A stretch of DNA of 64,000 bases, taken from positions 19,925-83,924 of the forward strand of contig MGRM01000005.1 of NCBI GenBank assembly GCA_001798185.1, written 5' to 3'. Shown piece after piece: positions 48,381 through 58,359 of this stretch (within the stretch, counting starts at the first letter, position 1; each line of letters opens with the position of its first letter). A program made the translations under genes and the position numbers. Below the pieces are notes generated by a model that was given only the letters and a program-made list of their open reading frames with translations, was not told the origin of the DNA and did no database searches. This stretch comes from Deltaproteobacteria bacterium RIFCSPHIGHO2_02_FULL_44_16. Lineage in GTDB: Bacteria; UBA10199; 2-02-FULL-44-16.

Positions 48381-49223
48381 ATGAATACGGCGTTGCAAAA
48401 TGATTATTCCTTGATCACCGAACGAGCGGGCGCAAACGTCACACAGGAACAACTTTTGCGTGTCTATCAACGTTATGTGTTTGCGGCGCAGTATTGTCAT
48501 GGCAAAGATGTTCTTGAAGCAGCATGCGGAAGCGGTGTGGGACTTGGATTGTTAGGAGATGTAGCACATTCTGTGACAGCTCTTGATTGTGAACGAAAAA
48601 ATTTATTTCATGCAGAAACGACGTATCAGCAAGATTCCAAAGTTCGTATTCTGCATGGAGATGCGCAGGCAATTCCATTTCCAGACAAAAGTTTTGATGT
48701 CGTTATTCTCTACGAAGCAATTTATTATTTATCTCATCCAGAAAAGTTTTTTGCCGAATGTAAGCGGGTCTTACGTTCGGGAGGAAGGCTTATCATCGGA
48801 AGCGCCAACCGTGAGTGGGCTGATTTTAATCCGAGTATTTACAGTACCCGTTATTTTTCTGCATCTGAACTCTATGAGATGATGGAAAAAGAAGGTTTTC
48901 AGACAAAAATTTATAAAGGTTTTCCGATTGAAGAGAGCCAGGGAGGAAAACAAAAAGTACTCTCTCTCATGAAGCGAGTTGCAGTGAAGCTGCATTGCAT
49001 TCCAAAATCGATGAAGTATAAAAAATTTCTCAAACGCATTTTTGTCGGTCAACTTGTTCCGCTGCCGCCGCGATTGACGCAGGGAAGTGTGGAATATAGA
49101 GAGCCAACGCCACTTTCTTTGGGAAAAGAGACGCAGTTCAAGGTGATCTATGCTGTTGGTCACTATCATCCTGAGCCCTTCGGCCTTGCTCAGGACAGGC
49201 TTGTCGAAGGACGAGGAGCGTAA
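48381..49223 (+). CDS. Class I SAM-dependent methyltransferase
   Basis: RY.FA, VLEAACGSG, GDAQ.IPF.DKSFD, RVLRSGG. Confidence 0.88.
   Translation: MNTALQNDYSLITERAGANVTQEQLLRVYQRYVFAAQYCHGKDVLEAACGSGVGLGLLGDVAHSVTALDCERKNLFHAETTYQQDSKVRILHGDAQAIPFPDKSFDVVILYEAIYYLSHPEKFFAECKRVLRSGGRLIIGSANREWADFNPSIYSTRYFSASELYEMMEKEGFQTKIYKGFPIEESQGGKQKVLSLMKRVAVKLHCIPKSMKYKKFLKRIFVGQLVPLPPRLTQGSVEYREPTPLSLGKETQFKVIYAVGHYHPEPFGLAQDRLVEGRGA
49166..49213. repeat. Family B palindromic element inside the 3' end of the methyltransferase gene
   Basis: tcatcctgagc-ccttcggccttgctcaggacaggc-ttgtcgaaggacg; encodes HPE-PFGLAQDR-LVEG. Confidence 0.75.
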
Positions 49224-49781
49224 ATGGGCTGCCGTGTCCTGACAACAGATATTCCTGATGTCAAAATCATTCTTCCGGAGAAATTTGGAGATCATCGCGG
49301 TTTTTTTTCGGAAACGTACCATAAGAGAGAGTTCGCAACAGCGGGCATTCATCTGGAATTTGTTCAAGATAATCATGCGCTCAGTGGTCCCAAAGGAACC
49401 GTACGAGGGCTTCATTTTCAAACTCCTCCCTATGAAATGTGGAAACTGGTGCGCGTGGTGAGAGGTTCTATTTTTGATGTTGCGGTCGACATTCGCAAGT
49501 ATTCTCCCACGTATGGAAAGCATGTGGCAGTGGAGCTCAGCGCTGAAAAATGGAATCAACTTCTGGTTCCTGCTGGTTTTGCGCACGGCTATTGTACGCT
49601 CGAACCCAATACGGAAGTCGTCTATAAAGTGACGAATTATTATTCTCAAGAGCATGACAAAGGTATTTTATGGAATGACGAAGCTCTCGGGATTCGCTGG
49701 CCAGTTGAAGGGAGCGCAGCTCTTTCGGAAAAAGATAAAAAGTGGCCAAGGCTTTCCGCTTCAGGAGTATATTTCTCATGA
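49224..49781 (+). CDS. rmlC: dTDP-4-dehydrorhamnose 3,5-epimerase
   Basis: GDHRGFFSE, VQDNH, RGLHFQ, FDVAVDIR, GFAHG. Confidence 0.95.
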   Translation: MGCRVLTTDIPDVKIILPEKFGDHRGFFSETYHKREFATAGIHLEFVQDNHALSGPKGTVRGLHFQTPPYEMWKLVRVVRGSIFDVAVDIRKYSPTYGKHVAVELSAEKWNQLLVPAGFAHGYCTLEPNTEVVYKVTNYYSQEHDKGILWNDEALGIRWPVEGSAALSEKDKKWPRLSASGVYFS

Positions 49782-50794
49782 AACTTCTTGTGACAGGTGG
49801 TCTCGGATTTATCGGTTCAAACTTCATTCGATATCAGCTGGAACACGATCCGAGCTGTTCGATCGTGAACTTAGATTGCCAGACCTATTCGGGAAATCCG
49901 GAAAACTTGCGCGACATTGAAAACAATCCGCGATATCGATGGGTCAAAGGAGATATTGTTGATGCTGAGGTTGTAGGGCCCCTCATGCAGGAGGCAGAGT
50001 GTGTGGTACATTTTGCGGCAGAGTCTCATGTCGATCGCTCTATTCTTGACTCATCTGCCTTTCTTCGGACCAATGTTCAAGGGACGCACGTTCTGCTTGA
50101 GGCAGCGAAAAAATATGGCATCGAACTTTTTGTGCATGTGAGCACTGATGAAGTGTATGGTTCTGTTGAAAAAGGGGAGTCGGTTGAGAGTGATCCTTTG
50201 GAGCCTAACAGTCCCTATGCCGCCTCAAAAGCTGCGTCAGATCTTCTCGTACGCTCCTATCATGTCACGCATAAGCTTCCGACGATTATTACCAGATGTT
50301 CAAATAATTTTGGTCCCTATCAATTTCCCGAAAAAGCGCTTCCACTTTTAATGACGAACGCGCTCGAAGAAAAACCATTTCCTCTTTATGGGAGCGGAGA
50401 AAATGTTCGCGATTGGATCTATGTCTTAGATCATGCCAAGGCCATTTCGTTTTTGATTCGCAAAGGAAATGTGGGAGAAATTTATAATATTGGCGGTACG
50501 TATTCTGCGCAAAATAAAATTCTCTTCACGAAAATTTTGGAACTGATGCAAAAACCAGCTTCGCTGCTTCACATCGTTGCAGATCGACCGGGCCATGATA
50601 AACGTTATGCACTGAACTGCGATAAGTTGAAACGTCTTGGCTGGAGTCCGGAAACACCTTTTGAAGCAGCATTAGAGCAAACGATCAATTGGTATTGCGA
50701 AAGAACTGATTGGTGGCAACCCTTGAAATATGGGACTGATTTTCAGCATTACTACACATCGCAATATGCTTCCCGCGCGATGAAAACCTCATGA
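49778..50794 (+). CDS. rmlB: dTDP-glucose 4,6-dehydratase
   Basis: TGGLGFIGSN, FAAESHVDRSI, STDEVYG, PYAASK, DRPGHD.RY. Confidence 0.95.
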   Translation: MKLLVTGGLGFIGSNFIRYQLEHDPSCSIVNLDCQTYSGNPENLRDIENNPRYRWVKGDIVDAEVVGPLMQEAECVVHFAAESHVDRSILDSSAFLRTNVQGTHVLLEAAKKYGIELFVHVSTDEVYGSVEKGESVESDPLEPNSPYAASKAASDLLVRSYHVTHKLPTIITRCSNNFGPYQFPEKALPLLMTNALEEKPFPLYGSGENVRDWIYVLDHAKAISFLIRKGNVGEIYNIGGTYSAQNKILFTKILELMQKPASLLHIVADRPGHDKRYALNCDKLKRLGWSPETPFEAALEQTINWYCERTDWWQPLKYGTDFQHYYTSQYASRAMKTS

Positions 50795-51657
50795 AGATTC
50801 TTCTTCTGGGTGCTTCAGGACAGCTTGGGTTTGATCTCTGTCGTTTGTTTCAGAACAACGAATGTTTCGATGTTTCCCCTCTAACACGAACAGATCTTGA
50901 TCTCATGCATATTGCCCGCATACCGGAGGTCTTGCATCAATATCAGTTCGATATTCTCATCAACTGTACTGCGTATAATCGTGTCGATGATGCACAATCT
51001 CATTCGCAACTTGCATATGCGATCAATACCTATGCTGTGGAAGCACTTGCCAAATACTGTGCAGAAGTTCGAGCAAAGTTCGTCCACGTCAGTTCCGATT
51101 TTGTTTTTAACGGTGAGAAAACTTCTCCTTATACAGAGACAGATCTGGTTATGCCGCTGTCTGTCTATGGAACTTCAAAGCTCTTGGGAGAACTCTTTGC
51201 GCAGCAATCACATAACGATGTGCTGGTGATTCGTACGGCGTCTCTTTTTGGCGAAGTCGGTTCCTCGGGAAAAGGGGGGAACTGCGTGGAAGCTTTTGTC
51301 CACAAGGCTCGTCGCGAAGAAGAGCTGAGAGTCATTAACGATATCACGATGTCGCCGACGTCGACGGCAGATCTTGCGCAGGCCATTATTTCTCTCTTGC
51401 AACAGAAAGCTCCTTCTGGAATTTATCATGTGGTCAATGACGGAGTGGTGACGTGGTATGCATTTGCTTCTGAAATCATGAACCAAATGCGTCTTTCGGC
51501 ACGTATGACTCCGGTTTCACATGCTGAGTTTCCGATGAAGGCTTTGCGGCCTCGGTATAGTGTTCTTGACACCGCAAAGACGGCCAATGTCATTGGAAAG
51601 ATGCCAACATGGCAAGAAGCGCTGCATCGTTATCTTCAGCAGAAGAGGTATATATAA
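50791..51657 (+). CDS. rmlD: dTDP-4-dehydrorhamnose reductase
   Basis: [28 protein letters not shown]. Confidence 0.93.
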   Translation: MKILLLGASGQLGFDLCRLFQNNECFDVSPLTRTDLDLMHIARIPEVLHQYQFDILINCTAYNRVDDAQSHSQLAYAINTYAVEALAKYCAEVRAKFVHVSSDFVFNGEKTSPYTETDLVMPLSVYGTSKLLGELFAQQSHNDVLVIRTASLFGEVGSSGKGGNCVEAFVHKARREEELRVINDITMSPTSTADLAQAIISLLQQKAPSGIYHVVNDGVVTWYAFASEIMNQMRLSARMTPVSHAEFPMKALRPRYSVLDTAKTANVIGKMPTWQEALHRYLQQKRYI

Positions 51658-52532
51658 TGAAGGGGATTATACTCGCAGGTGGAGCAGGTTCTCGTTTGTA
51701 TCCTCTCACTCATGTGGTGAGTAAGCAGCTTTTACCGGTGTATGATAAACCAATGATTTATTATCCTCTTTCATCGTTGATGCTCGCAGGGATTCAAGAC
51801 ATTCTGATTATTTCAACGCCGCAGGATCTTCCGCTTTATCAGCGGCTGCTTCAAGATGGACAACAGTGGGGCATTCGTTTGAGCTATGCGGAACAACCTT
51901 TTCCCGGTGGTCTTGCTCAAGCTTTTCTGATTGGGAAATCTTTTATCGGTTCGGATGCCTGTGCTCTCGTGCTCGGCGATAACATTTTTTTCGGAGAGGG
52001 TTTTACAAAGCAGCTTGAGCGAGCCGCGCTTAAAAAGAAGGGGGCAACGGTTTTTGGATATTGGGTAAACGACCCCGAACGATACGGCGTTGCTGTTTTT
52101 GATAAGACTGGAAAAGTCATTGAAATTGAGGAAAAGCCGGCACGACCAAAGTCGCATTATGCAATCACGGGTCTCTATTTTTACGACCATCGTGTAGTCG
52201 ATGTCGCATCACGCTTACAACCCTCTGCACGCGGGGAACTCGAGATTACAGATGTGAATAATTTTTATCTTCGCGAACAGCAATTAGAAGTGGAAAAACT
52301 CGGTCGAGGGATTGCGTGGCTTGATACGGGCACACATGATTCTCTCGTGGAAGCTTCAAATTTTATTGCGACGATTGAAAAACGCCAAGGACTCAAAGTG
52401 GCGTGTCTTGAAGAGATCGCTTGGAGAAAGAGATGGATTTCGAAAGAAGGTCTCGAAGGCCTCATCGAAAGAATGTCGCACAATACGTATCGAGAATATT
52501 TAGTGACGATGCTTGAACATGAAGCAGAATGA
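51657..52532 (+). CDS. rmlA: Glucose-1-phosphate thymidylyltransferase
   Basis: [41 protein letters not shown]. Confidence 0.97.
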   Translation: MKGIILAGGAGSRLYPLTHVVSKQLLPVYDKPMIYYPLSSLMLAGIQDILIISTPQDLPLYQRLLQDGQQWGIRLSYAEQPFPGGLAQAFLIGKSFIGSDACALVLGDNIFFGEGFTKQLERAALKKKGATVFGYWVNDPERYGVAVFDKTGKVIEIEEKPARPKSHYAITGLYFYDHRVVDVASRLQPSARGELEITDVNNFYLREQQLEVEKLGRGIAWLDTGTHDSLVEASNFIATIEKRQGLKVACLEEIAWRKRWISKEGLEGLIERMSHNTYREYLVTMLEHEAE

Positions 52533-52540
52533 TGACATTG

Positions 52541-52692
52541 TTGAAAAAAGTCTCTCGGAGGCCGCTTCTCGCTACGGCAAAAATCCTCACATGCCGGATT
52601 TTTGCCTGCGCTTCAGCCTGCCGTATATTGAGGCTTCGTTTCCGGCGTCTGAAGACGCCGCTCGAATTCGGCCTCCTGCGGCCTTTTTTCAA
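52541..52692. mobile_element. MITE-like structured repeat, family C, copy 2 (inverted relative to copy 1)
   Basis: TIR ttgaaaaaag/cttttttcaa; reverse complement aligns end to end with 46179-46328. Confidence 0.85.
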
Positions 52693-52712
52693 TGCACAAC
52701 AAGGAGAATGTT

Positions 52713-53828
52713 ATGAACGAGCAACGAAAGGTTCCATTTTTTAATTATCAAGGAATCTTTGAACATCGACGCGAAGAATATTTGAAAACCATCGAAGATG
52801 TTCTTTCACGAGGCGCTTTTATTTTGCAGCGTGATGGAAAAGAATTTGAAACAAACGTTGCTGAATATTTACAGGTGAAACATGCGATTGGTGTTGCGAA
52901 TTGCACCGATGGCTTAACGCTTGCACTGCAGGCGGTAGGGGTAAAAGCGGGCGATGAAGTGATTTTCCCTTCGCATACTTTTGTGGCAACTGCAGCATCG
53001 GCAAAAGCCATAGGCGCTGTTCCAGTTCCGGTTGATTGTGGCAAAGATCATCTGATCGATCCGCAATCGATCAAAAAAGCAATCACCTCTAAAACAAAAG
53101 TGATTATGCCGGTGCAACTGAACGGTCGTACTTCTCGTATGGACGAAATCCAGGCGATTGCAGATCAGCATCGTCTTCTGGTCGTCGAAGATGCTGCTCA
53201 GGCTTTTGGTTCTACCTATAAAGGTCGACATGCAGGGACATTTGGGCTTGCGGCAGCGTTTAGTTTTTATCCTGCAAAAACACTCGGCTGTTTTGGTGAT
53301 GGTGGTATTGTCGTGACCAATGATGACCATGTGGCAGAGACGGTGACGCTGCTGCGCGATCATGGTCGCAATAAAGAAGGGGAGATTGTGCAGTGGGGAA
53401 TGAATTCGCGACTCGATAATCTTCAAGCTGCTCTTTTGAATGTGAATTTAAAATATTATAAAGAGTCGATCCACCGACGTCGGGAAATTGCAGCTTGTTA
53501 TCACGAAGAACTTGGAGGACTTTCTGAACTGACACTTCCACCTGCTCCAGGAAGTGAGAAAGATCACTACGATATTTTTCAAAATTATGAGATCGAAGCA
53601 GATCGTCGCGACGATCTGCGCTCTTTTTTGCAATCGAAAGGTGTGGGAACGTTGATTCAGTGGGGTGGAAAAGCCGTTCATCAACTCAAAGCGCTTCAGT
53701 TCACGCAGAAACTTCCGGCGACGGATCGTCTTTTTGAGCGGGCGCTGATGCTTCCCATGCATGCGGTTCTCTCCAATGAAGATGTTCACTATGTCTGTCA
53801 GCAGGTGAAAGCGTTTTATCGTGCTTGA
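52713..53828 (+). CDS. DegT/DnrJ/EryC1/StrS sugar aminotransferase
   Basis: EDAAQA, FSFYPAKTLGCFGDGG, NSRLDNLQAA; RBS aaggag. Confidence 0.93.
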   Translation: MNEQRKVPFFNYQGIFEHRREEYLKTIEDVLSRGAFILQRDGKEFETNVAEYLQVKHAIGVANCTDGLTLALQAVGVKAGDEVIFPSHTFVATAASAKAIGAVPVPVDCGKDHLIDPQSIKKAITSKTKVIMPVQLNGRTSRMDEIQAIADQHRLLVVEDAAQAFGSTYKGRHAGTFGLAAAFSFYPAKTLGCFGDGGIVVTNDDHVAETVTLLRDHGRNKEGEIVQWGMNSRLDNLQAALLNVNLKYYKESIHRRREIAACYHEELGGLSELTLPPAPGSEKDHYDIFQNYEIEADRRDDLRSFLQSKGVGTLIQWGGKAVHQLKALQFTQKLPATDRLFERALMLPMHAVLSNEDVHYVCQQVKAFYRA

Positions 53829-53859
53829 TTAATACGTGACAAAATGGTCAAAAACAAAT

Positions 53860-53993
53860 TAGAACTTATTTCAAAACTGATAAATCTTCGGGTGGAGTCG
53901 ACGGTGGATCCCAGGGGTGCCCCGCGTCAGCGGGGAGGTGGAACGCCGGAGGGGACGGGCCCCGTAACAGTGAGTGTTTTGAAATAAGTTCTA
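53860..53993. mobile_element. MITE, family D, with perfect 18-bp terminal inverted repeats
   Basis: tagaacttatttcaaaac (53860-53877) / gttttgaaataagttcta (53976-53993); GC-rich interior. Confidence 0.85.
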
Positions 53994-54004
53994 TGATCAC
54001 AAAA

Positions 54005-54811
54005 ATGACAACCGAACAACTTGCGAAAAATATTCGATGTCATGCACTTCGTATGACGAGTCGTGGCCAGAGCTCACATATTGCATCGGTTTTTTCGATG
54101 ACCGACTTGCTTGCCGTTCTTTACGGTGAGATTTTGAATGTCGATCCGCAACTACCGAGCTGGGATGGTCGCGATCGTTTTATTCTCAGTAAAGGCCATG
54201 CTGGTGCCGGTATTTATGCGGCTCTGGCAGAGCGTGGTTTTTTCCCCAAAGAACGTCTGGAGACCCATTATCAAGATGGTTCCAACCTTTGTGGACATGT
54301 GACGACCAAAGGGATCCCGGGAGTCGATTTTTCCACAGGATCTCTGGGCCACGGACTCTCTGTTGCGACTGGTATGGCGTATGGCGCAAAACTCGATGGC
54401 AAAACGCATCGGGTTTTTGCATTGCTCAGTGACGGAGAATGTGACGAAGGTTCAAATTGGGAAGCCATTCTTTTTGCATCACATGCAAAACTCGATAATT
54501 TAATGGTTCTTGTTGACTACAATAAAATTCAAAGCCTCGCGAGTGTTGCGGAGACTCTCGCCCTTGAACCCTTTGCACAGAAGTGGAAAAGTTTTGGATG
54601 GAGTGTGCACGAAATTGACGGTCATGATCATCACGATATTCTCACCACCTGTCGCCGTCTCCCTTTTGAAACGAACAAGCCGAGTTGCATCATTGCGCAT
54701 ACGGTCAAAGGGAAAGGGGTTTCATTTATGGAAAATACAGTGCTGTGGCATTATCGCTCAGCGCAGGGCGAAGAATATAAAAAAGCACTCGAGGAGTTAG
54801 AGCGAACATGA
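54005..54811 (+). CDS. Transketolase, N-terminal (TPP-binding) subunit
   Basis: RDRFILSKGHA, STGSLGHGL, DGECDEG..WEA, HTVKGKG. Alternative start at 53993. Confidence 0.92.
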   Translation: MTTEQLAKNIRCHALRMTSRGQSSHIASVFSMTDLLAVLYGEILNVDPQLPSWDGRDRFILSKGHAGAGIYAALAERGFFPKERLETHYQDGSNLCGHVTTKGIPGVDFSTGSLGHGLSVATGMAYGAKLDGKTHRVFALLSDGECDEGSNWEAILFASHAKLDNLMVLVDYNKIQSLASVAETLALEPFAQKWKSFGWSVHEIDGHDHHDILTTCRRLPFETNKPSCIIAHTVKGKGVSFMENTVLWHYRSAQGEEYKKALEELERT

Positions 54812-55788
54812 GAAATGCTTTTATCAAAAAACTCTCGCTGCTTGCTGAAAAAGATCCTCGCATTTTTCTTATTACCGGTGATCTCGGTTTTGGGGTGCTC
54901 GAAGAATTCGCGCGTTGCTCTCCGCGACAATATTTAAATGTAGGAGTGGCAGAACAAAATATGACAGGCATTGCCACGGGCTTGGCGCTTGAAGGAAGGA
55001 TTGTGTACACCTATTCGATTGGGAATTTTCCAACGCTTCGTTGTCTTGAGCAACTTCGAAATGACGCTTGTTATCATGGTGCCAATGTCAATGTGGTTTC
55101 CATTGGCGGCGGATTTAGCTATGGAGCTCTTGGTTTTTCTCATCATGCGACTGAAGATCTCAGTATTCTCCGTTCTCTTCCAGGAATGACGGTGATGGCT
55201 CCGTGCGATACCTGGGAAGTAGAAGAGGCGACATCTGCGCTTTCTCAGAAAAGTGGAGTAGGGTATCTCCGTTTAGATAAATCATCTGCTCCTCTGAAAC
55301 CAAAAGAAGGAGAAGTTTTTCACATCGGTAAATCACGATGTGTGCGAGAAGGGAATGATCTGACCTTTGTGGTTGCGGGGGGTATTCTCGAAGAAGTTTT
55401 GAAGGCAAGCGAACTCTTGAAAGCTGAAGGGATTGAAGCTCGGATTCTCAGTATGCATACGATTAAACCTTTAGACACTGAAGCGCTCTTTGAAGCCGTG
55501 CGCACATCAGAAGGGATCGTGACGGTTGAGGAACATACGATTGAGGGAGGTCTTGGTGGAGCGGTAGCTGAAAGTTGTCTTGAGGCAGGAGTCGTTCCAC
55601 GATTTTTTTATCGTTTTGGATTGCGCCAAGGTTTTTCTTCTTTGATCGGAAGCCAAGCTTATATGCGTCGACTGTATGGTCTGGATGCTGAGGCTATCGC
55701 GAAACGTGTTAAGGAGCTTGTTTCAGAGCGAGATGCTCAAAAAATACATCGCCTCGAAAGGTTCCCAAATGCTCAAGAGAATTTTTGA
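54808..55788 (+). CDS. Transketolase, C-terminal subunit
   Basis: TGDLG, NVGVAEQNM, SHHATED, TIKPLD, EEH..GGLG. Confidence 0.92.
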   Translation: MRNAFIKKLSLLAEKDPRIFLITGDLGFGVLEEFARCSPRQYLNVGVAEQNMTGIATGLALEGRIVYTYSIGNFPTLRCLEQLRNDACYHGANVNVVSIGGGFSYGALGFSHHATEDLSILRSLPGMTVMAPCDTWEVEEATSALSQKSGVGYLRLDKSSAPLKPKEGEVFHIGKSRCVREGNDLTFVVAGGILEEVLKASELLKAEGIEARILSMHTIKPLDTEALFEAVRTSEGIVTVEEHTIEGGLGGAVAESCLEAGVVPRFFYRFGLRQGFSSLIGSQAYMRRLYGLDAEAIAKRVKELVSERDAQKIHRLERFPNAQENF

Positions 55789-56500
55789 AATCGGCTTTGC
55801 TCTTTTCGCACTTCTTGTTGCGAGTCCCGTGTTGATTCCAGTTTTAATTCTGGTTTGGCTGCAGGATTTTCACTCTCCTTTTTACATTGCTCCACGCGTC
55901 GGAAAGGGCTGTTGCCCTTTTCAGATGCTCAAAATACGATCCATGGTTGTGAATGCCGATAAGTCTGGTGTTGATTCAACCTCATCAAGTGATCGGCGCA
56001 TTACTCCCGTTGGAAAGTTTATCCGCGCTTATAAATTGGATGAAGTGGCACAGCTTTGGAGCGTTCTTCTTGGATATATGTCATTGGTAGGCCCACGGCC
56101 AAATGTGCCGCGTGAAGTGGATCTTTATACCGAGGTGGAAAAACGTTTGCTTTCGGTAAATCCTGGCATTACCGATTTTGCGTCGATTGTTTTTGCGGAC
56201 GAAGGAGAAATTTTACGCGAGAGTAAAGATCCAGATTTGGACTATCATCAACTCATCCGTCCCTGGAAAAGTCGACTGGGGCTTTTTTACATTGACAGAA
56301 GTGGTTTTTTCCTTGACCTCCAATTAATTGCTTTCACCGTGGTAGCGATTTTTTCGCGCCAGCGAGCTCTTGAGAAGGTGCAGAAATTGTTAGTGAAACT
56401 GGGTGCAGATCAAGAACTCTGCCAGGTTGCAGCAAGAAGAGCTCAATTAATTCCTCATGCTCCACCAGGAGCGACACATATTGTGATGACCAGAACATGA
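55769..56500 (+). CDS. Initiating phosphoglycosyl transferase (bacterial sugar transferase)
   Basis: KR.F, K.RSM, D.RIT.VG..IR..KLDE, MSLVGPRP, PGIT. Confidence 0.92.
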   Translation: MLKRIFEIGFALFALLVASPVLIPVLILVWLQDFHSPFYIAPRVGKGCCPFQMLKIRSMVVNADKSGVDSTSSSDRRITPVGKFIRAYKLDEVAQLWSVLLGYMSLVGPRPNVPREVDLYTEVEKRLLSVNPGITDFASIVFADEGEILRESKDPDLDYHQLIRPWKSRLGLFYIDRSGFFLDLQLIAFTVVAIFSRQRALEKVQKLLVKLGADQELCQVAARRAQLIPHAPPGATHIVMTRT

Positions 56501-58344
56501 ATAAACTGACTTTAAAATCTCTGTTTCTCGTTTCTTGCGACGTCCTTTTTTTAACGACTGCTTTCCTTCTGAGCTGCTTTTTGGTCGATTTTCCCATCGT
56601 TCATTTTTTGCGGCCACTTCTCTTTTTGTGGCCTCTGTTGTTGGCAGCGCATATCGCTCTTTTTGTGAAATGCGGACTTTATCGCGCGAGCCTTCGATAT
56701 GCGAGTGTGGACTTTGTAGCGACTATTTTCAAAGCAGTGACCATGGGGATTTTTTTAGTCATTCTGACACTCTATGCTGTTCATATTCAGCTCTCTTTGC
56801 GCGTGCTTTTTTTGTCGTGGCTTTTAAGTCTCTTTTTTGTGGGAGGAGTCCGTTTTTCCATTCGATATCTCTTTGATCAGCGTTATATTTTTCGCCGTGG
56901 ACGTCGCGTCCTTGTTTACGGAGCAGGCGATGCCGGCGTTTTAGCGCTTCGTCAGCTTCGCATGAGTCATGAGGTCGCTTATTCTCCTTTGGCATTCTTA
57001 GATGATGATCCTAAAAAGTTGGGAAATACCCTTCAGGGAGTAAAAGTGATTGGCGCTATCGATCGTCTCGAAGCGCTGATCGATGAATTATCGGTGGAAG
57101 AAGTGGTGGTCGCTATTTCAGAAATCAAAGGCGAAAAGTTGCGCAGTATTGTAAAACGTTGCCGACAAAAAGGGGTTGTCTGTCGTATTATCCCCTGTTT
57201 TTCCAAGATGCTCGAGATGGAACCGAAGATGAGAAATATTGAGCTTGCGGATTTAATGCGACGCGCTCCTCGTGATCTCGATAAACATGTTATTCGTCAT
57301 TTTCTTCAAGGAAAGATTGTGCTCGTGACAGGAGCCGCAGGTTCCATTGGGAGCGAACTTGTACGGCAGACGCTGAAGTATGGCCCTCGGCTGATTATTG
57401 CCGTCGATCATTCTGAGTATGGTCTCTATGCCCTTCGTGAAGAACTCGGTGACCATCTGGTACAATATGTTGTTGGAAATGTGACCAATCGTGCAGGGAT
57501 GCAGAGAATTTTTAAAGAGACGGTGCCGGAAATCGTTTTTCATGCAGCGGCATATAAACATGTTCCTCTTTTAGAGAACAATGCTCTTGAAGCTATTTCC
57601 AATAATGTCGGTGGGACGCAAGTGGTTGCAGAACTTGCTGATCTCCATGGAGTTCAAACATTTGTTTTAATTTCAACGGATAAAGCGGTAAAACCATCGA
57701 GTATTATGGGAGCGACAAAAAGAATTTGTGAGCTTTTTGTTCAAAACTTTAACGAACGGAGTAAAACAAAATATGTCTCTGTTCGATTTGGGAATGTCCT
57801 GGGGAGTTCCGGAAGTGTGATTCCGAAATTTCTCAAACAGATTCAAGCTCGGCAAACCGTCACCATCACTCATCCCGAAGCCACGCGTTATTTTATGCTT
57901 ATCGATGAAGCGGTGCAGCTTGTCTTGCAATCTGCAGCGATAGGGCAGGGAGGCGAAATTTTTATTTTGAATATGGGAGAGCCGGTGAAAATTGCAGAGA
58001 TGGCGGAGGACTTGATTTATCTTATGGGTTTTCAACCTCATCGGGATATCTCCATTGAGTCCACGGGGCTAAGGCCCGGTGAAAAAATGGTCGAAGAACT
58101 TTTTCATGATGAAATGGAAGAAAAAACTCAGTTCGAAGATATTACGATCGGAAGAATGGTGAAGCTTGACTGGGACTTGTTTGTGAGTAAATTGTCGACT
58201 CTTTTTATGCATACGCAATGCGGCGATCATATCGAAGCCGTAGAGGCATTATGGAATATGATTTCAGATGAGAAGCTTGGCGAAGCCACTAAAAAGTCTC
58301 TGGTGAAAGAGATTGAAAGTAATCTGAGAGTTTTGAATTCGTAA
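56497..58344 (+). CDS. UDP-GlcNAc 4,6-dehydratase, PglF/CapD/WbpM family
   Basis: Four N-terminal TMs, YGAGDAG, TGAAGSIGSEL, HAAAYKHVP, STDKAV, RFGNVLGSSGSV, GLRPGEK. Confidence 0.93.
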   Translation: MNKLTLKSLFLVSCDVLFLTTAFLLSCFLVDFPIVHFLRPLLFLWPLLLAAHIALFVKCGLYRASLRYASVDFVATIFKAVTMGIFLVILTLYAVHIQLSLRVLFLSWLLSLFFVGGVRFSIRYLFDQRYIFRRGRRVLVYGAGDAGVLALRQLRMSHEVAYSPLAFLDDDPKKLGNTLQGVKVIGAIDRLEALIDELSVEEVVVAISEIKGEKLRSIVKRCRQKGVVCRIIPCFSKMLEMEPKMRNIELADLMRRAPRDLDKHVIRHFLQGKIVLVTGAAGSIGSELVRQTLKYGPRLIIAVDHSEYGLYALREELGDHLVQYVVGNVTNRAGMQRIFKETVPEIVFHAAAYKHVPLLENNALEAISNNVGGTQVVAELADLHGVQTFVLISTDKAVKPSSIMGATKRICELFVQNFNERSKTKYVSVRFGNVLGSSGSVIPKFLKQIQARQTVTITHPEATRYFMLIDEAVQLVLQSAAIGQGGEIFILNMGEPVKIAEMAEDLIYLMGFQPHRDISIESTGLRPGEKMVEELFHDEMEEKTQFEDITIGRMVKLDWDLFVSKLSTLFMHTQCGDHIEAVEALWNMISDEKLGEATKKSLVKEIESNLRVLNS

Positions 58345-58359
58345 AAAACGGGGTGAAAG

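Noticed and set aside
48771..49655. 294-aa minus-strand ORF
   Set aside because: Antisense shadow of the methyltransferase and rmlC; no recognisable motif.
49224..52532. rml gene order C-B-D-A
   Set aside because: rml order varies widely among bacteria; not informative alone.
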